This document shows, one piece after another, positions 26,443-35,916 of a stretch of DNA of 64,000 bases. The DNA is from an uncultured Gammaproteobacteria bacterium (GTDB taxonomy: Bacteria > Patescibacteriota > Microgenomatia > UBA1406 > GWC2-37-13): the NCBI GenBank assembly GCA_964485585.1, contig CAZAJT010000001.1:150-64149 (forward strand). Reading direction: 5' to 3'. Positions within the stretch are counted from its first letter, which is position 1. Each line of letters opens with the position of its first letter. Both the position numbers and the translations under genes were made by a program. Under the pieces are notes generated by a model that saw only the letters and a list, made by a program, of their open reading frames with translations, was not told where the DNA came from and did no database searches.

Positions 26443-27057
26443 ATGCAAGTGTTTACATTCATTGTCGGCCAACTACAGACCAACTGTTATCTTTTGGTTG
26501 AACACAATGAATGTATGGTAATTGATCCCGGTGATGCTGCTGATTTTGTTACCGAACAAATTCAGAGAAGAAATCTTACCCTCCGAGCTCTCATTGCTAC
26601 TCATGGTCATTTTGACCATATCCTTGCCGCAGGAGAGATACAGTTAAGTTTTTCTATTCCTCTCTACATATTTAAAGAAGATTTGTTTTTGGTGCAAAGA
26701 CTAAATGAAACCGCTCAGCATTTTTTAGGATTCGATCCTCAGGCAATGCCTCCCCAGTCTACTGAGTGGTTAACAGGAGGATCGTTGACCATTGATGCGT
26801 TCACTTTTAAGGTTATTCTAACTCCGGGTCATACTCCCGGCAGCTGCTGTTTTTACTTTCCAAACGAGAAAACTATTTTTACCGGTGATACGTTATTTAA
26901 GCAAGGAATCGGCAGATATGATTTCTCCTACAGTGATGGTGCACAATTGCATAAGTCACTGAATACTCTCTTTTCATTGCCCGAAGAAACAAAGGTATAT
27001 TCGGGGCATGGCGCTGAAACAACAATAGGTGCAGAAAAACAGAGAAGATCGTTATGA
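26443..27057 (+). CDS. MBL-fold metallo-hydrolase (glyoxalase II-like)
   Basis: ATHGHFDHI (HxHxDH), TPGHTPG, and a GDTLF..G.GR pattern. Confidence 0.85.
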   Translation: MQVFTFIVGQLQTNCYLLVEHNECMVIDPGDAADFVTEQIQRRNLTLRALIATHGHFDHILAAGEIQLSFSIPLYIFKEDLFLVQRLNETAQHFLGFDPQAMPPQSTEWLTGGSLTIDAFTFKVILTPGHTPGSCCFYFPNEKTIFTGDTLFKQGIGRYDFSYSDGAQLHKSLNTLFSLPEETKVYSGHGAETTIGAEKQRRSL

Positions 27058-28398
27058 GGTTTTCTTTTGGGCAAGTTTTGCAAGCAACTCTTCTTTCTCA
27101 TTTGGTAGTTTTCCTTCGACAACTTGATCAAATAGTTCCTCAAGGATGTTTCCGATTTGCGGTCCCGGTTTGAGAGAAAGTGTTTTCATAACATCATGGC
27201 CATCTATCTTGAGATCCTTCACCGTAAATGGTTGTTTTTGTACTTCTTCGAGTCGTTTTTTAAAGAGCTCCAGTCGCCATGAAGTCTGTTTTGCTCCTGA
27301 GCCAATGCGATCACCTGTTCGTAAGTCCAGCATATCTTGTAGATATTCTTTAGTTACTTGACGGATAAAACGGCGCACTGCTTTATCTGTTTGTAGTTCT
27401 GAAACAGTGAATTGATGATAACGGATGAGCGTAAGCAGTTTATCTTTCTGCTTATTGGAAAGATGCAGTCTGTCAGCGATTTTTTCTGCCATCTGTGTTC
27501 CAACCACTTCATGGTTATGAAACGTAATAATACTGCTTGTTGGGTCTTTACGGTATGTTTTTGATTTGCCAATATCATGGAGAAGCGTGGCAAGGCGCGT
27601 TACCACGTCTTTTGACGGGCAATGTTTCAGTGACATCACTAAATGAGTTCCCACATCGTAGATATGATGTCTTTGGGGACTTTTTTGTTCAACGCTAAAA
27701 CATTCATCCAGTTCTGGAAGAATGTATTTTAAGAGTGTCGTGCTTCGTAAGAAAAACAGTGCGTCTGCTGCGTTAGCTAATGCGATCATCTTCAACAATT
27801 CATCACGAATTCGTTCCCATGCAATGTGAGTGACAAGATGAGCGTTTCTTTTAATAGTATCGAGCGTTTGTTCTTCAATAAGAAATCCCAGTTGTGCGGC
27901 AATGCGTATTGCTCGCAGAAGTCGAAGCGCGTCTTCCTGAAATCGTTTCTCAGGATCGCCGACTGTCACAATGAGTTTCGCCGTGAGATGCTTTTGTCCG
28001 TTGTAAGGGTCAATAATAGTATTTCCATCACACGCAATCGCGTTTATCGTAAAGTCTCTCCGGGCAAGGTCTTCTTCCAGCGTTTGTGCCCATTCGATCT
28101 TTTCCGGATGTCGAAGATCTTTGTATTCGCCTTCTTTCCGAAACGTTGTTACCTCAAAAATCTGTTTGTTTCCACCAACCTCAATTTCTATACCAACCGT
28201 ACCAAACTGATTATTGTAGAATCCATCCGGATAGAGTTTTAAAATCTCTTCAGGAGTAGCATTCGTAGTAAAATCCCAGTCATCAGTGGTGTTTGTGAGC
28301 AGTAAATCCCGTACGGCTCCACCAACCACATAGATTTGATAGCCGCTTTTCCGAAACGTATCCATGAATTGTTTCACCTCATCTGGTAATGTAAACAT
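27052..28398 (-). CDS. cca: CCA-adding tRNA nucleotidyltransferase with HD domain
   Basis: VVGGAVRDLLL..DWDF, RRDFTINA, and a C-terminal LLHDIGK HD motif. Confidence 0.88.
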   Translation of the reverse strand: MFTLPDEVKQFMDTFRKSGYQIYVVGGAVRDLLLTNTTDDWDFTTNATPEEILKLYPDGFYNNQFGTVGIEIEVGGNKQIFEVTTFRKEGEYKDLRHPEKIEWAQTLEEDLARRDFTINAIACDGNTIIDPYNGQKHLTAKLIVTVGDPEKRFQEDALRLLRAIRIAAQLGFLIEEQTLDTIKRNAHLVTHIAWERIRDELLKMIALANAADALFFLRSTTLLKYILPELDECFSVEQKSPQRHHIYDVGTHLVMSLKHCPSKDVVTRLATLLHDIGKSKTYRKDPTSSIITFHNHEVVGTQMAEKIADRLHLSNKQKDKLLTLIRYHQFTVSELQTDKAVRRFIRQVTKEYLQDMLDLRTGDRIGSGAKQTSWRLELFKKRLEEVQKQPFTVKDLKIDGHDVMKTLSLKPGPQIGNILEELFDQVVEGKLPNEKEELLAKLAQKKTS

Positions 28399-28465
28399 TG
28401 GTACTATTATAACGTATATGGGGAGAGTTATGAGTTGGGGTATAATGGATGAGAAAGTTCTTATT

Positions 28466-28984
28466 ATGCAAAAAACTTACGCTTTTATTGATAGTCAGAA
28501 TGTAAACTTAGGTATCCGCTCCCTAGGGTGGAAACTTGATTGGCGTAAGTTCAGACAGTATCTACGGAATAAATATGAAGTGGACAAGGTATATCTTTTT
28601 ATTGGTCAAGTAGCTGGAAATGAATCTTTATATGCCTTTTTGCAAGAGTGTGGGTATATTTTAATCTTCAAACCAACTTTATATCAAAGAAAAAAAGACA
28701 AAACTATTATCAAAGGAAATGTAGATGCTGAATTAGTTCTTCATACTATGATTCAATACAAAAATTATCATAAAGCAATTATTGTTACAGGAGATGGCGA
28801 TTTCCATTGCTTAATTGAGTATTTAGACAAAAAAGGTAAATTGCTTAAAGTTCTGGCCCCAACTAAACACTACTCCAGCTTGTTGCGTAAATTTAACCAG
28901 AAACATTATATTGTGCGTATCGACTTATTAAGAGATTCTTTAGAACAAAAAAAGACTGGCATTCGCGGTCGGTCGAAACCTTAG
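28466..28984 (+). CDS. NYN/LabA-like domain protein
   Basis: AFIDSQNVNLG.., GNVDAELVL, IIVTGDGDFHCL. The start is uncertain (ATG 28445 or 28466); the longer track ORF overlaps cca. Confidence 0.7.
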   Translation: MQKTYAFIDSQNVNLGIRSLGWKLDWRKFRQYLRNKYEVDKVYLFIGQVAGNESLYAFLQECGYILIFKPTLYQRKKDKTIIKGNVDAELVLHTMIQYKNYHKAIIVTGDGDFHCLIEYLDKKGKLLKVLAPTKHYSSLLRKFNQKHYIVRIDLLRDSLEQKKTGIRGRSKP

Positions 28985-29091
28985 GCTAGTCCAGTCATCG
29001 TGATATAAATATCATACTACAATATCCCCAAAATACAAGAACCTACATTCAAGGTAAGAGTTCACACTCTTTGACAAAGTTCGTTAGTGTT

Positions 29092-29175
29092 TGTCATTGC
29101 GAGCGATGAGTTTTGGAGCGAAGCAATCTCATTAATTAAGGGGATTGCTTCGTCGTTTCACTCCTCGCAATGACA
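29092..29175. repeat. nested-hairpin MITE/REP-like element, copy C
   Basis: TGTCATTGCGAG (29092-29103) .. GAGCGAAGCAATCTC / GGGGATTGCTTCG .. CTCGCAATGACA (29164-29175). It is flanked by a further imperfect inverted repeat, TTCACACTCTTTGACAAA (29061-29078) / TTTGTCAAGAAGAGTGAA (29191-29208). Confidence 0.8.
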
Positions 29176-29241
29176 TATTTTAATATAGTTTTGTCAAGAA
29201 GAGTGAATAGTTACCTTTTCTGACATTTTAAAGTAAATACG

Positions 29242-29270
29242 TTTGCATAATTTTATAATCCTGGTACAAT
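29242..29270 (+). promoter_or_regulatory. sigma70-type promoter (extended -10) of the T-box leader
   Basis: TTGCAT (29242-29247), a 17-nt spacer, then TGG-TACAAT (29262-29270). Confidence 0.6.
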
Positions 29271-29276
29271 AATTCT

Positions 29277-29505
29277 ACAATTCGGGATAAAGCGTGACAG
29301 TTTGGTTTCCCGCCAAACGATCCTTCGGTAATCTGGGAGGAACGCTGTGTACGATGAGTACGACGGAAAGACACCGTAGAAATGAATCCAAGGTGTGTCG
29401 GCGAAAAGTCGGAGCACTGATAAGAAGCAAGCAAGGTGGTACCACGAGAGACCTCGTCCTTGTTAAACAGCATACGATGCTGTTTGGCAAAGGCGAGGTT
29501 TTTTT
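29277..29505 (+). promoter_or_regulatory. T-box-type transcription-attenuation leader
   Basis: AAGCAAGGTGGTACCACG (29429-29446) matches the T-box consensus AAnnnGGGUGGnACCGCG in 12 of 14 conserved positions. The antiterminator is CAAGG[TGGTACC]ACGAG-AGAC-CTCGTCCTTG. A competing long terminator stem (29451-29499) is followed by T7. GATGAG (29353-29358) is K-turn-like. Confidence 0.65.
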
Positions 29506-29507
29506 AT

Positions 29508-30536
29508 ATGAAATTCATATCGGTTGAATCGCTGACTCAACTATTGCAGCATCATGGATTTGAAAATTACCTGAGGGATCTTATGAGGGTTTTGAAGCAT
29601 GATTTTGGTCGTTGGCAGTCATTTATTAAGATGCCTCGTCCGGCTATGCATGTTCCTGGCGGCGTACTAGAATTAATGCCAATCTGCGATAATGAGCGGT
29701 ATTACACCTTCAAATACGTCAACTGCCACCCAAAAAATCCACTCATTGGACAACAAACAGTTGTTGCTACCGGACAATTATCACGCATTGATACCGGGTA
29801 TCCGCTGATGTTTTCCGAGATGACGGTACTGACGGCGCTTCGTACTGCTGCAACATCGGCGCTCATTACTGACTTAATGGCGCGTAAGGATGCTCACGTG
29901 TTAGCACTTATTGGTACTGGTGCTCAAAGTGAATTTCAAGTGCGTGGATTACAACTTGTGCGTGATATTAGAGAGGTTCGGTATTTTGATATTGACCCGA
30001 AAGCTATGGATAAGTTTGAAGGTAATATGATAAATCAATCAATAAAACTGGCGCGGTGTGAAAATGCTAAAGAAGCAACGATTGGAGCAAATATTATAAC
30101 TGTTTGCACCGCTTGTAAAGCTCATGTTGATGTGATTAAAAATGAATGGGTCACTGCTGGAGTCCACATAAATGCTCTGGGCGGAGATACTGTTGGTAAA
30201 ACAGAACTGGAATTAAGTATTTTACCACGTTGTCGTATTGTTGTAGAATATTTTGAACAGTCTTTTATTGAAGGAGAAACACAACGATTAAGCAGAGAAA
30301 TGGCAGAAAAGCTCGTGTACGCGCAAGCGCAAGAATTAGTAAACGGCTCGAAAAAAGGTCGCGAAAACGACGAAGAAATAACACTATTCGATTCTGTTGG
30401 TATTGCATTAGAAGACTACTCTGCTTTAAGACTCACCTATGAGCTTGCAGAAAAGTACAGAATAGGTGATGAATATAATTTCACTCCTGTTCTCAAAGAT
30501 CCGAAAAACCTAATATCAGTAGTGAGCTCAGTGTAA
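29508..30536 (+). CDS. ocd: ornithine cyclodeaminase (ornithine -> proline)
   Basis: It has strong by-eye similarity to characterised OCD: DFGRWQSF.K, ELMP..D...YTFKYVN.HP.N, LTALRTAATSA, GTGAQSEFQ, NALGGD..GKTEL, FDSVGIALED. The start is taken at ATG 29508, after the leader terminator. Confidence 0.85.
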   Translation: MKFISVESLTQLLQHHGFENYLRDLMRVLKHDFGRWQSFIKMPRPAMHVPGGVLELMPICDNERYYTFKYVNCHPKNPLIGQQTVVATGQLSRIDTGYPLMFSEMTVLTALRTAATSALITDLMARKDAHVLALIGTGAQSEFQVRGLQLVRDIREVRYFDIDPKAMDKFEGNMINQSIKLARCENAKEATIGANIITVCTACKAHVDVIKNEWVTAGVHINALGGDTVGKTELELSILPRCRIVVEYFEQSFIEGETQRLSREMAEKLVYAQAQELVNGSKKGRENDEEITLFDSVGIALEDYSALRLTYELAEKYRIGDEYNFTPVLKDPKNLISVVSSV

Positions 30537-30554
30537 CAACACATAACCCAGAAC

Positions 30555-31439
30555 TCATGATGCTGGGTTGACCTTCGGTTCTATCAGGCTTTTGAGGATG
30601 TCGAGGTTTTCTTTGTCTGGGCCTTTTTCTTCAAAGCCGGGTGTTTCAATGATAAAGGGCAGATGTTTTGTTTTTTCGTGATTGAGTAACAGCTTGAAGA
30701 CCTCGGTTCCGATTGCGCCCTTACCAATATTTTCATGCCGATCTCTACGAGAACCAAAGGCATCTTTACTGTCATTCAAATGCCAAAGCTCAAGTTTGTT
30801 TAGTCCAATAAACGAATCAAATATTTGAAGAAACTTATCAAGATATTCAATTGTTGAAATATTGTATCCTGCGGCATGGAGATGGCAGGTATCGAAACAT
30901 ACCCGAACCCGTTTATCATTTACATCAACGATAATCCTTGCTATCTCGTCAAGCGTGAGTCCAACCTTGCGGGTACCTGAGTTCTCGATGATGAACAATG
31001 TGTCATCCGGAGAGTTTGCAAGCACTTCTTTTATATTCGCAATGAGTATGTCATATTTCAGCGCTTGTATTTCTTGCGGAATCTCAGATTCATTGTGTTC
31101 ATTATTCTTAAACGAACCAAGATGGATAATGCTTCCTTTTATCCCGAGCTGTGAGGCGGCAGTAAGCTCGGCGATCAGGAGTTGTTTTGAATGCCTGCCA
31201 ACGTGTTCGTTGTTGGCGAGATTAATAAGGTATGAAGCATGAAAAAATATGGGATTAACTTTTAGTTGGGTTTTTAATTCAGTAAACACCTTAATGTCGT
31301 TTTCATCTGGTTTTGGCTTACTCCAATCACGGGGGGGAGTAGAGAAGATTTGTAGACAATTCCCGCCAATCGCCACAATTCTTTCTAACGCTTTGTTGTA
31401 TCCGCCCACAATTGACACATGCGCCCCCAGTTTTGCCAT
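30555..31439 (-). CDS. nfo: deoxyribonuclease IV (endonuclease IV)
   Basis: GAHVS..GG, LQIF..PPR.W, HASYLINLA, CFDTCH..AAGY, HLNDSK...GSR.DRHE.IG.G. Confidence 0.9.
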   Translation of the reverse strand: MAKLGAHVSIVGGYNKALERIVAIGGNCLQIFSTPPRDWSKPKPDENDIKVFTELKTQLKVNPIFFHASYLINLANNEHVGRHSKQLLIAELTAASQLGIKGSIIHLGSFKNNEHNESEIPQEIQALKYDILIANIKEVLANSPDDTLFIIENSGTRKVGLTLDEIARIIVDVNDKRVRVCFDTCHLHAAGYNISTIEYLDKFLQIFDSFIGLNKLELWHLNDSKDAFGSRRDRHENIGKGAIGTEVFKLLLNHEKTKHLPFIIETPGFEEKGPDKENLDILKSLIEPKVNPAS

Positions 31440-31476
31440 TTGAAAACATTATAACAAAGGGTTCAGGGAGAAATGA

Positions 31477-32658
31477 ATGCATATCCTTTATAATTATTCC
31501 ATGGGTATATCTAGGAATATTACGTTGTTCAAGTGGTTTAATTTTTTTACAGACTTTCAGTTGTATGCGCCCATTGAGATATTGTACTTTGCTCAAGTAA
31601 CTGGTTCGTATGTTGCTGGAATGAGTATTTTTTCCATTATGACCATTTCAGCAGCCCTGTCTGAAGTCCCAACTGGTATTTTCTCTGATTTCATTGGTAG
31701 GAAAAGGACGATAGTATTGGGGGCACTATCTGCGGTGGTATATACAGTCTTTTATGCTATTGGAGGTTCTTACATTATGCTTGCTATTGGTGCAATGCTT
31801 GAGGGTTTGTCTCGTTCATTTTATAGTGGAAATAACGATGCGTTGCTTCATAATACCGTGACCGAAAGTGGCGAAGAACACAAATTCCATGAGTATCTTG
31901 GTAAAACAAAAGCGATGTTTCAGATCGCGCTCGCCGTTTCGGCTGTTTTTGGTAGTTTCATCGCTCATATCTCTTTCTCGTTAGTACTTTGGTTAACCGT
32001 TATTCCTCAGCTTATTTGTTTGTTTCTCAGCTTTCAGTTTATAGAGTCAAAGAACTATCGCTCAGAGAGCGGAAATATCTATCTTCATTTACGCGAAGCA
32101 ATGCAGCTATTTGTTAAAAATAAGAAACTACGCCTCCTGAGTATTGCGTCTGCTGTGCGGGAAGGTATGGGTGAGGCTACCTATCAATTTCAATCGGCAT
32201 TTTATGTCATGGTTTGGCCAATCTGGGCATTGGGCTTTGCCAAGATGATCTCAAATGTTCTTGCTTCGACAAGTTTTTATTACAGTGGTAAACTCATTGA
32301 TAGATTGGGACCGCTGCGGATTCTTATTGCTGGAAATCTTTACGCACGTATTGTAAATGTAATTGCGTTGGTCACATCATCAACGATTTCACCTGCCTTA
32401 ATGTCAACAAATTCGTTATTTTATGGAGCATCAAACGTATCTATGAACTCTCTCCTTCAGAAGGAGTTTACTCCCCATCAACGAGCGACGATGGGTTCGC
32501 TCAACTCGTTTTTCGGAAGCATTTCTTTTGCAATTCTTGCATTTTTGTTTGGAGGACTTGCAGATGTGGTTGGAGTCGTTAATGCATTTCTGATAGCACA
32601 AATCATTAATTTACTCCCGATAGCAATCTATATCAAACTTTTTAAACATTCTCCTTGA
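31477..32658 (+). CDS. MFS transporter
   Basis: It has about 12 hydrophobic segments, the G.FSDFIGRKRT loop motif, and a GGGAG SD 6 nt upstream of the ATG. Confidence 0.75.
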   Translation: MHILYNYSMGISRNITLFKWFNFFTDFQLYAPIEILYFAQVTGSYVAGMSIFSIMTISAALSEVPTGIFSDFIGRKRTIVLGALSAVVYTVFYAIGGSYIMLAIGAMLEGLSRSFYSGNNDALLHNTVTESGEEHKFHEYLGKTKAMFQIALAVSAVFGSFIAHISFSLVLWLTVIPQLICLFLSFQFIESKNYRSESGNIYLHLREAMQLFVKNKKLRLLSIASAVREGMGEATYQFQSAFYVMVWPIWALGFAKMISNVLASTSFYYSGKLIDRLGPLRILIAGNLYARIVNVIALVTSSTISPALMSTNSLFYGASNVSMNSLLQKEFTPHQRATMGSLNSFFGSISFAILAFLFGGLADVVGVVNAFLIAQIINLLPIAIYIKLFKHSP

Positions 32659-32691
32659 CAAGGATTAGCAGACTTGTTATATTATTGCTAA
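32655..32691 (+). promoter_or_regulatory. hrcA promoter overlapped by a CIRCE-like operator
   Basis: TTGACA (32655-32660), a 17-nt spacer, then TATATT (32678-32683). TTAGCAGAC-N9-TATTGCTAA (32665-32691) matches the CIRCE consensus TTAGCACTC-N9-GAGTGCTAA in 14 of 18 positions. Confidence 0.7.
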
Positions 32692-33431
32692 TGGAGGATT
32701 TAACACAGAGGCAAGTAGACGTACTTAAAGTGATTATTCAGGAATATACAGAGACTGGCGATCCGGTTGGCTCTGAAATACTTGAAAAAAAATATAAGTT
32801 GGGAGTTTCACCTGCTACTATACGAAACGAAATGGTCGCTCTGGCCAAAAAAGGTTACCTCAAAAAATATCATTTTTCATCCGGCCGAATCCCTTCGGCA
32901 AAAGGATTCCGGTTCTACATTCGTCATCTGATGAAGGAAAAAGAGCTTTCAACTATTGATGAAGTGGCATACAAAAATAGCGTCTGGGATGAACGTGATG
33001 AAACGCATAGACTGTTATCTCAAGCTACCAAAGTATTAGCTCATCGTACTGGTTTACTCTCGTTGACCGCTACGGTAGCCGGCGATTTGTATTATGCCGG
33101 CGTCTCTAATCTTCTCCAGAAGCAGGAGTTTCTGAATCTTGATCTATCAAGGAGTTTATTTGAACTTTTAGATGAGATTCATTACTGGGAAAAGGTACTC
33201 AATCATTGTCTGAAAATAGAGGATGAAGTTTTATACATGCTTGGTGAAGAGGATTTTAACAATCCGCTTTTTGAGCCGTGTGCTTCGGTTTTTGGTGAAT
33301 TTCAGGTAGGAAACACCGTCGGTATTATTGGGGTGGTTGGACCGAAGCGTATGTATTATGATACCATTATACCGCAAATCCGGTATTTCTCACATCTTAT
33401 CGAGGAGATGTTGCAAAATCAAGGTAAATAG
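32691..33431 (+). CDS. hrcA: heat-inducible transcription repressor HrcA (short form)
   Basis: MEDLTQRQVDVLKVIIQEYTETGDPVGSEIL...VSPATIRNEM is the canonical HrcA N-terminus, and it is followed by grpE-dnaK-dnaJ. Confidence 0.85.
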   Translation: MEDLTQRQVDVLKVIIQEYTETGDPVGSEILEKKYKLGVSPATIRNEMVALAKKGYLKKYHFSSGRIPSAKGFRFYIRHLMKEKELSTIDEVAYKNSVWDERDETHRLLSQATKVLAHRTGLLSLTATVAGDLYYAGVSNLLQKQEFLNLDLSRSLFELLDEIHYWEKVLNHCLKIEDEVLYMLGEEDFNNPLFEPCASVFGEFQVGNTVGIIGVVGPKRMYYDTIIPQIRYFSHLIEEMLQNQGK

Positions 33432-33456
33432 TTATTACTAGTTTGCATAATGCAAG

Positions 33457-33939
33457 ATGATGAACGATAAGAAAATTGATAAAAAGGAAGAAGACAAAAA
33501 ACACATCACCGGAAAGCTCAAAGAACTAGAAAAACAGGTCGAAGAATACAAGAATAAATATTTAAGAGTTCTCGCCGACCATCAGAATTTCGAAAGGCGT
33601 GTACGGCAGGAACAGGAGGAAAACGCACAAAGCACACAGGCGCGATTAGTACTCAAGTTATTACCCTTTTTAGACAACCTAGAAAAAGCAGAAGTTTTTG
33701 TGAAAGATTCTGGTTTGCACCTGATCAAAAATAATTTTTATCAGATACTCAAAGAGATGGGTTTGGAAGAGATAGAAGTTTTGGAGAAGGAGTTTGATCC
33801 CGGCGTTGCCGAGGCAGTTGACGTGGTATCGGGCGAGAGAGATAATATTGTAGTTGATGTTGTGAAAAAAGGATATAAATATAATATGAAGTTGTTAAGA
33901 CCAGCGCAGGTTAAAGTAGAAAAAAAAGCAGGTTCGTGA
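33457..33939 (+). CDS. grpE: nucleotide exchange factor GrpE
   Basis: A coiled-coil N-terminus, YLRVLADHQNFERR, and the FDP..AEAV pattern. Confidence 0.9.
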   Translation: MMNDKKIDKKEEDKKHITGKLKELEKQVEEYKNKYLRVLADHQNFERRVRQEQEENAQSTQARLVLKLLPFLDNLEKAEVFVKDSGLHLIKNNFYQILKEMGLEEIEVLEKEFDPGVAEAVDVVSGERDNIVVDVVKKGYKYNMKLLRPAQVKVEKKAGS

Positions 33940-33963
33940 GTTATTAGTTATACTATTTATCGT

Positions 33964-35844
33964 ATGAGTAAAATTGTTGGTATTGATTTAGGGACGACGA
34001 ATTCAGCTGTTGCGGTAATGGAGGCAGGGCAGCCAAAAATAATTCATTCACAGGAAGGAAGAAATGTGATTCCTTCTGTCGTGGATCCTATAAAAAGAAT
34101 TGTCGGAGATGTCGCAAAGCGGCAGACTGTCATTAACCCAAAAAAGACCATTTTTTCTATAAAGCGGTTAATGGGTCGGCGCTTTGCTGATTCTTCAATA
34201 GGATATGACCATAAATGGTTGCCTTACAATATAAAAGAAGGAAAAGATGGGAAAGCAGTAGTAGAAGTCGAAGGCAAAACGTATACTCCAGAAGAAATCT
34301 CCGCAATAATTCTTCAGAAAATCAAATCAGATGCTGAAGCGTATCTTGGTGAAAAAGTTGAAAAAGCAGTAATCACGGTTCCCGCTTATTTCGATGACGC
34401 GCAACGGCAGGCGACCAAACAGGCGGGTGAGATTGCCGGATTAGATGTGGTTCGTATCCTCAATGAACCTACTGCTGCAGCACTCGCGTATGGTTTGGAT
34501 AAAAAACACGCCCACACGATTGCGGTATACGATCTGGGAGGAGGTACATTTGATATTACAATTCTAGAGCTTGGTGAAGGGGTATTTGAAGTAAAATCCA
34601 CCAATGGTGATACCCACTTAGGTGGTGATGATTTTGATAAGGTTATCCTTGATCATATTGCAGACGAGTTTAAAAAAGAGCAAGGTATCGATCTTAAAAA
34701 AGATCCGCAGGCTTTGCAGCGATTACGAGATGCTGCGGAAAAAGCAAAAATCGAGCTTTCATCCTCAATGGAGGCAGAGATCAATCTCCCGTTTATCACC
34801 ATCAAGGATAATCAACCACTCCATTTTGTTATGAAACTCACCCGTTCAAAATTGGAGAGTTTGGTGGCAGATCTTATCGGTAAGACATTCACTCCGGTAA
34901 AAGAGGCTTTGAAAGATGCGAAAATTGATGTTTCGAAGGTCGATGAGGTTGTACTTGTTGGTGGTATGACTCGTATGCCCAAAATTATCGAACGAGTAAA
35001 AGAATTTTTTGGAAAAGATCCCAATCGATCAGTAAATCCCGATGAAGTAGTTGCTGTTGGCGCAGCGATTCAGGCAGGAGTACTTACTGGCGAAACAAAG
35101 GATGTGGTGCTTCTCGACGTAACACCGCTGACTCTCGGCGTTGAAACTCTTGGTGGTGTGATGACGCCTCTTATTAACCGTAATACTACCATACCCACTT
35201 CGAAGAGTGAGATATTTTCCACTGCCGCAGATAACCAGACACAGGTAGAGGTACATATCTTACAAGGTGAACGACCACTTGCCAAGGATAATAAATCACT
35301 GGGGAGATTTATTCTGCAAGGAATCCCGCCTGCACCGCGAGGAGTGCCGCAAATAGAGGTTGTTTTTGATATAGACGCCAATGGTATTCTTACGGTTACC
35401 GCAAAAGACAAAGCTACCGGCAAAAGTCAGAGTATCAAGATAACCGGCTCAACTGGCTTAAGCAAAGAAGAGATTGAGAAAATGAGAGAAGAAGCAGAAA
35501 AACATGCAGATGAAGACAAACAAGAGAAAGAAAAAATAGAGGCGCGTAATAAAGCAGATAATATGATCTATGTTGCGGAAAAGTCATTGAAGGATGCCGG
35601 CGATAAGGCGCCGAAAGAAATAAAAGATGAAGTAGAGCAAAAGATAAAGGCGCTCAAAGATGTTCTTGATAAAGGGACAGTAGGAGATCTCGAGTCAAAG
35701 ACAAAAGACCTCTCTGATTCGCTCCAAAAGATTGGTCAAACTATGTACCAGCAGAAAGCCGAGGAACCTCAGCAAGAGGCAGAAAAAAAAGAGAAAGAGG
35801 AAAAGGAAAAGAAAGATGTTGAGGAAGGCGAAGTTGTTAGCTAA
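33964..35844 (+). CDS. dnaK: molecular chaperone DnaK
   Basis: [27 protein letters not shown]. Confidence 0.97.
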   Translation: MSKIVGIDLGTTNSAVAVMEAGQPKIIHSQEGRNVIPSVVDPIKRIVGDVAKRQTVINPKKTIFSIKRLMGRRFADSSIGYDHKWLPYNIKEGKDGKAVVEVEGKTYTPEEISAIILQKIKSDAEAYLGEKVEKAVITVPAYFDDAQRQATKQAGEIAGLDVVRILNEPTAAALAYGLDKKHAHTIAVYDLGGGTFDITILELGEGVFEVKSTNGDTHLGGDDFDKVILDHIADEFKKEQGIDLKKDPQALQRLRDAAEKAKIELSSSMEAEINLPFITIKDNQPLHFVMKLTRSKLESLVADLIGKTFTPVKEALKDAKIDVSKVDEVVLVGGMTRMPKIIERVKEFFGKDPNRSVNPDEVVAVGAAIQAGVLTGETKDVVLLDVTPLTLGVETLGGVMTPLINRNTTIPTSKSEIFSTAADNQTQVEVHILQGERPLAKDNKSLGRFILQGIPPAPRGVPQIEVVFDIDANGILTVTAKDKATGKSQSIKITGSTGLSKEEIEKMREEAEKHADEDKQEKEKIEARNKADNMIYVAEKSLKDAGDKAPKEIKDEVEQKIKALKDVLDKGTVGDLESKTKDLSDSLQKIGQTMYQQKAEEPQQEAEKKEKEEKEKKDVEEGEVVS

Positions 35845-35870
35845 TCACTGCTCTGCGAATGGGTCATACA

Positions 35871-35908
35871 CTTGCTACATGATACATGCTACATGATACA
35901 TGTATAAT
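35871..35908 (+). promoter_or_regulatory. 38-nt heptad-repeat promoter module upstream of dnaJ (copy 1)
   Basis: CTT GCTACAT GATACAT GCTACAT GATACAT G TATAAT, with ATG 8 nt downstream. It is 33/38 identical to the reverse complement of 50909-50946. Confidence 0.55.
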
Positions 35909-35916
35909 AATATCCT

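Noticed and set aside
29228-29527. Three overlapping track ORFs (29228-29473 -, 29275-29490 -, 29294-29527 +) and the long form of the ocd ORF starting at 29436
   Set aside because: The region is better explained as a promoter plus a structured T-box leader. The ORFs have no start signals, and the ocd homology begins at MKFISVESL (ATG 29508).
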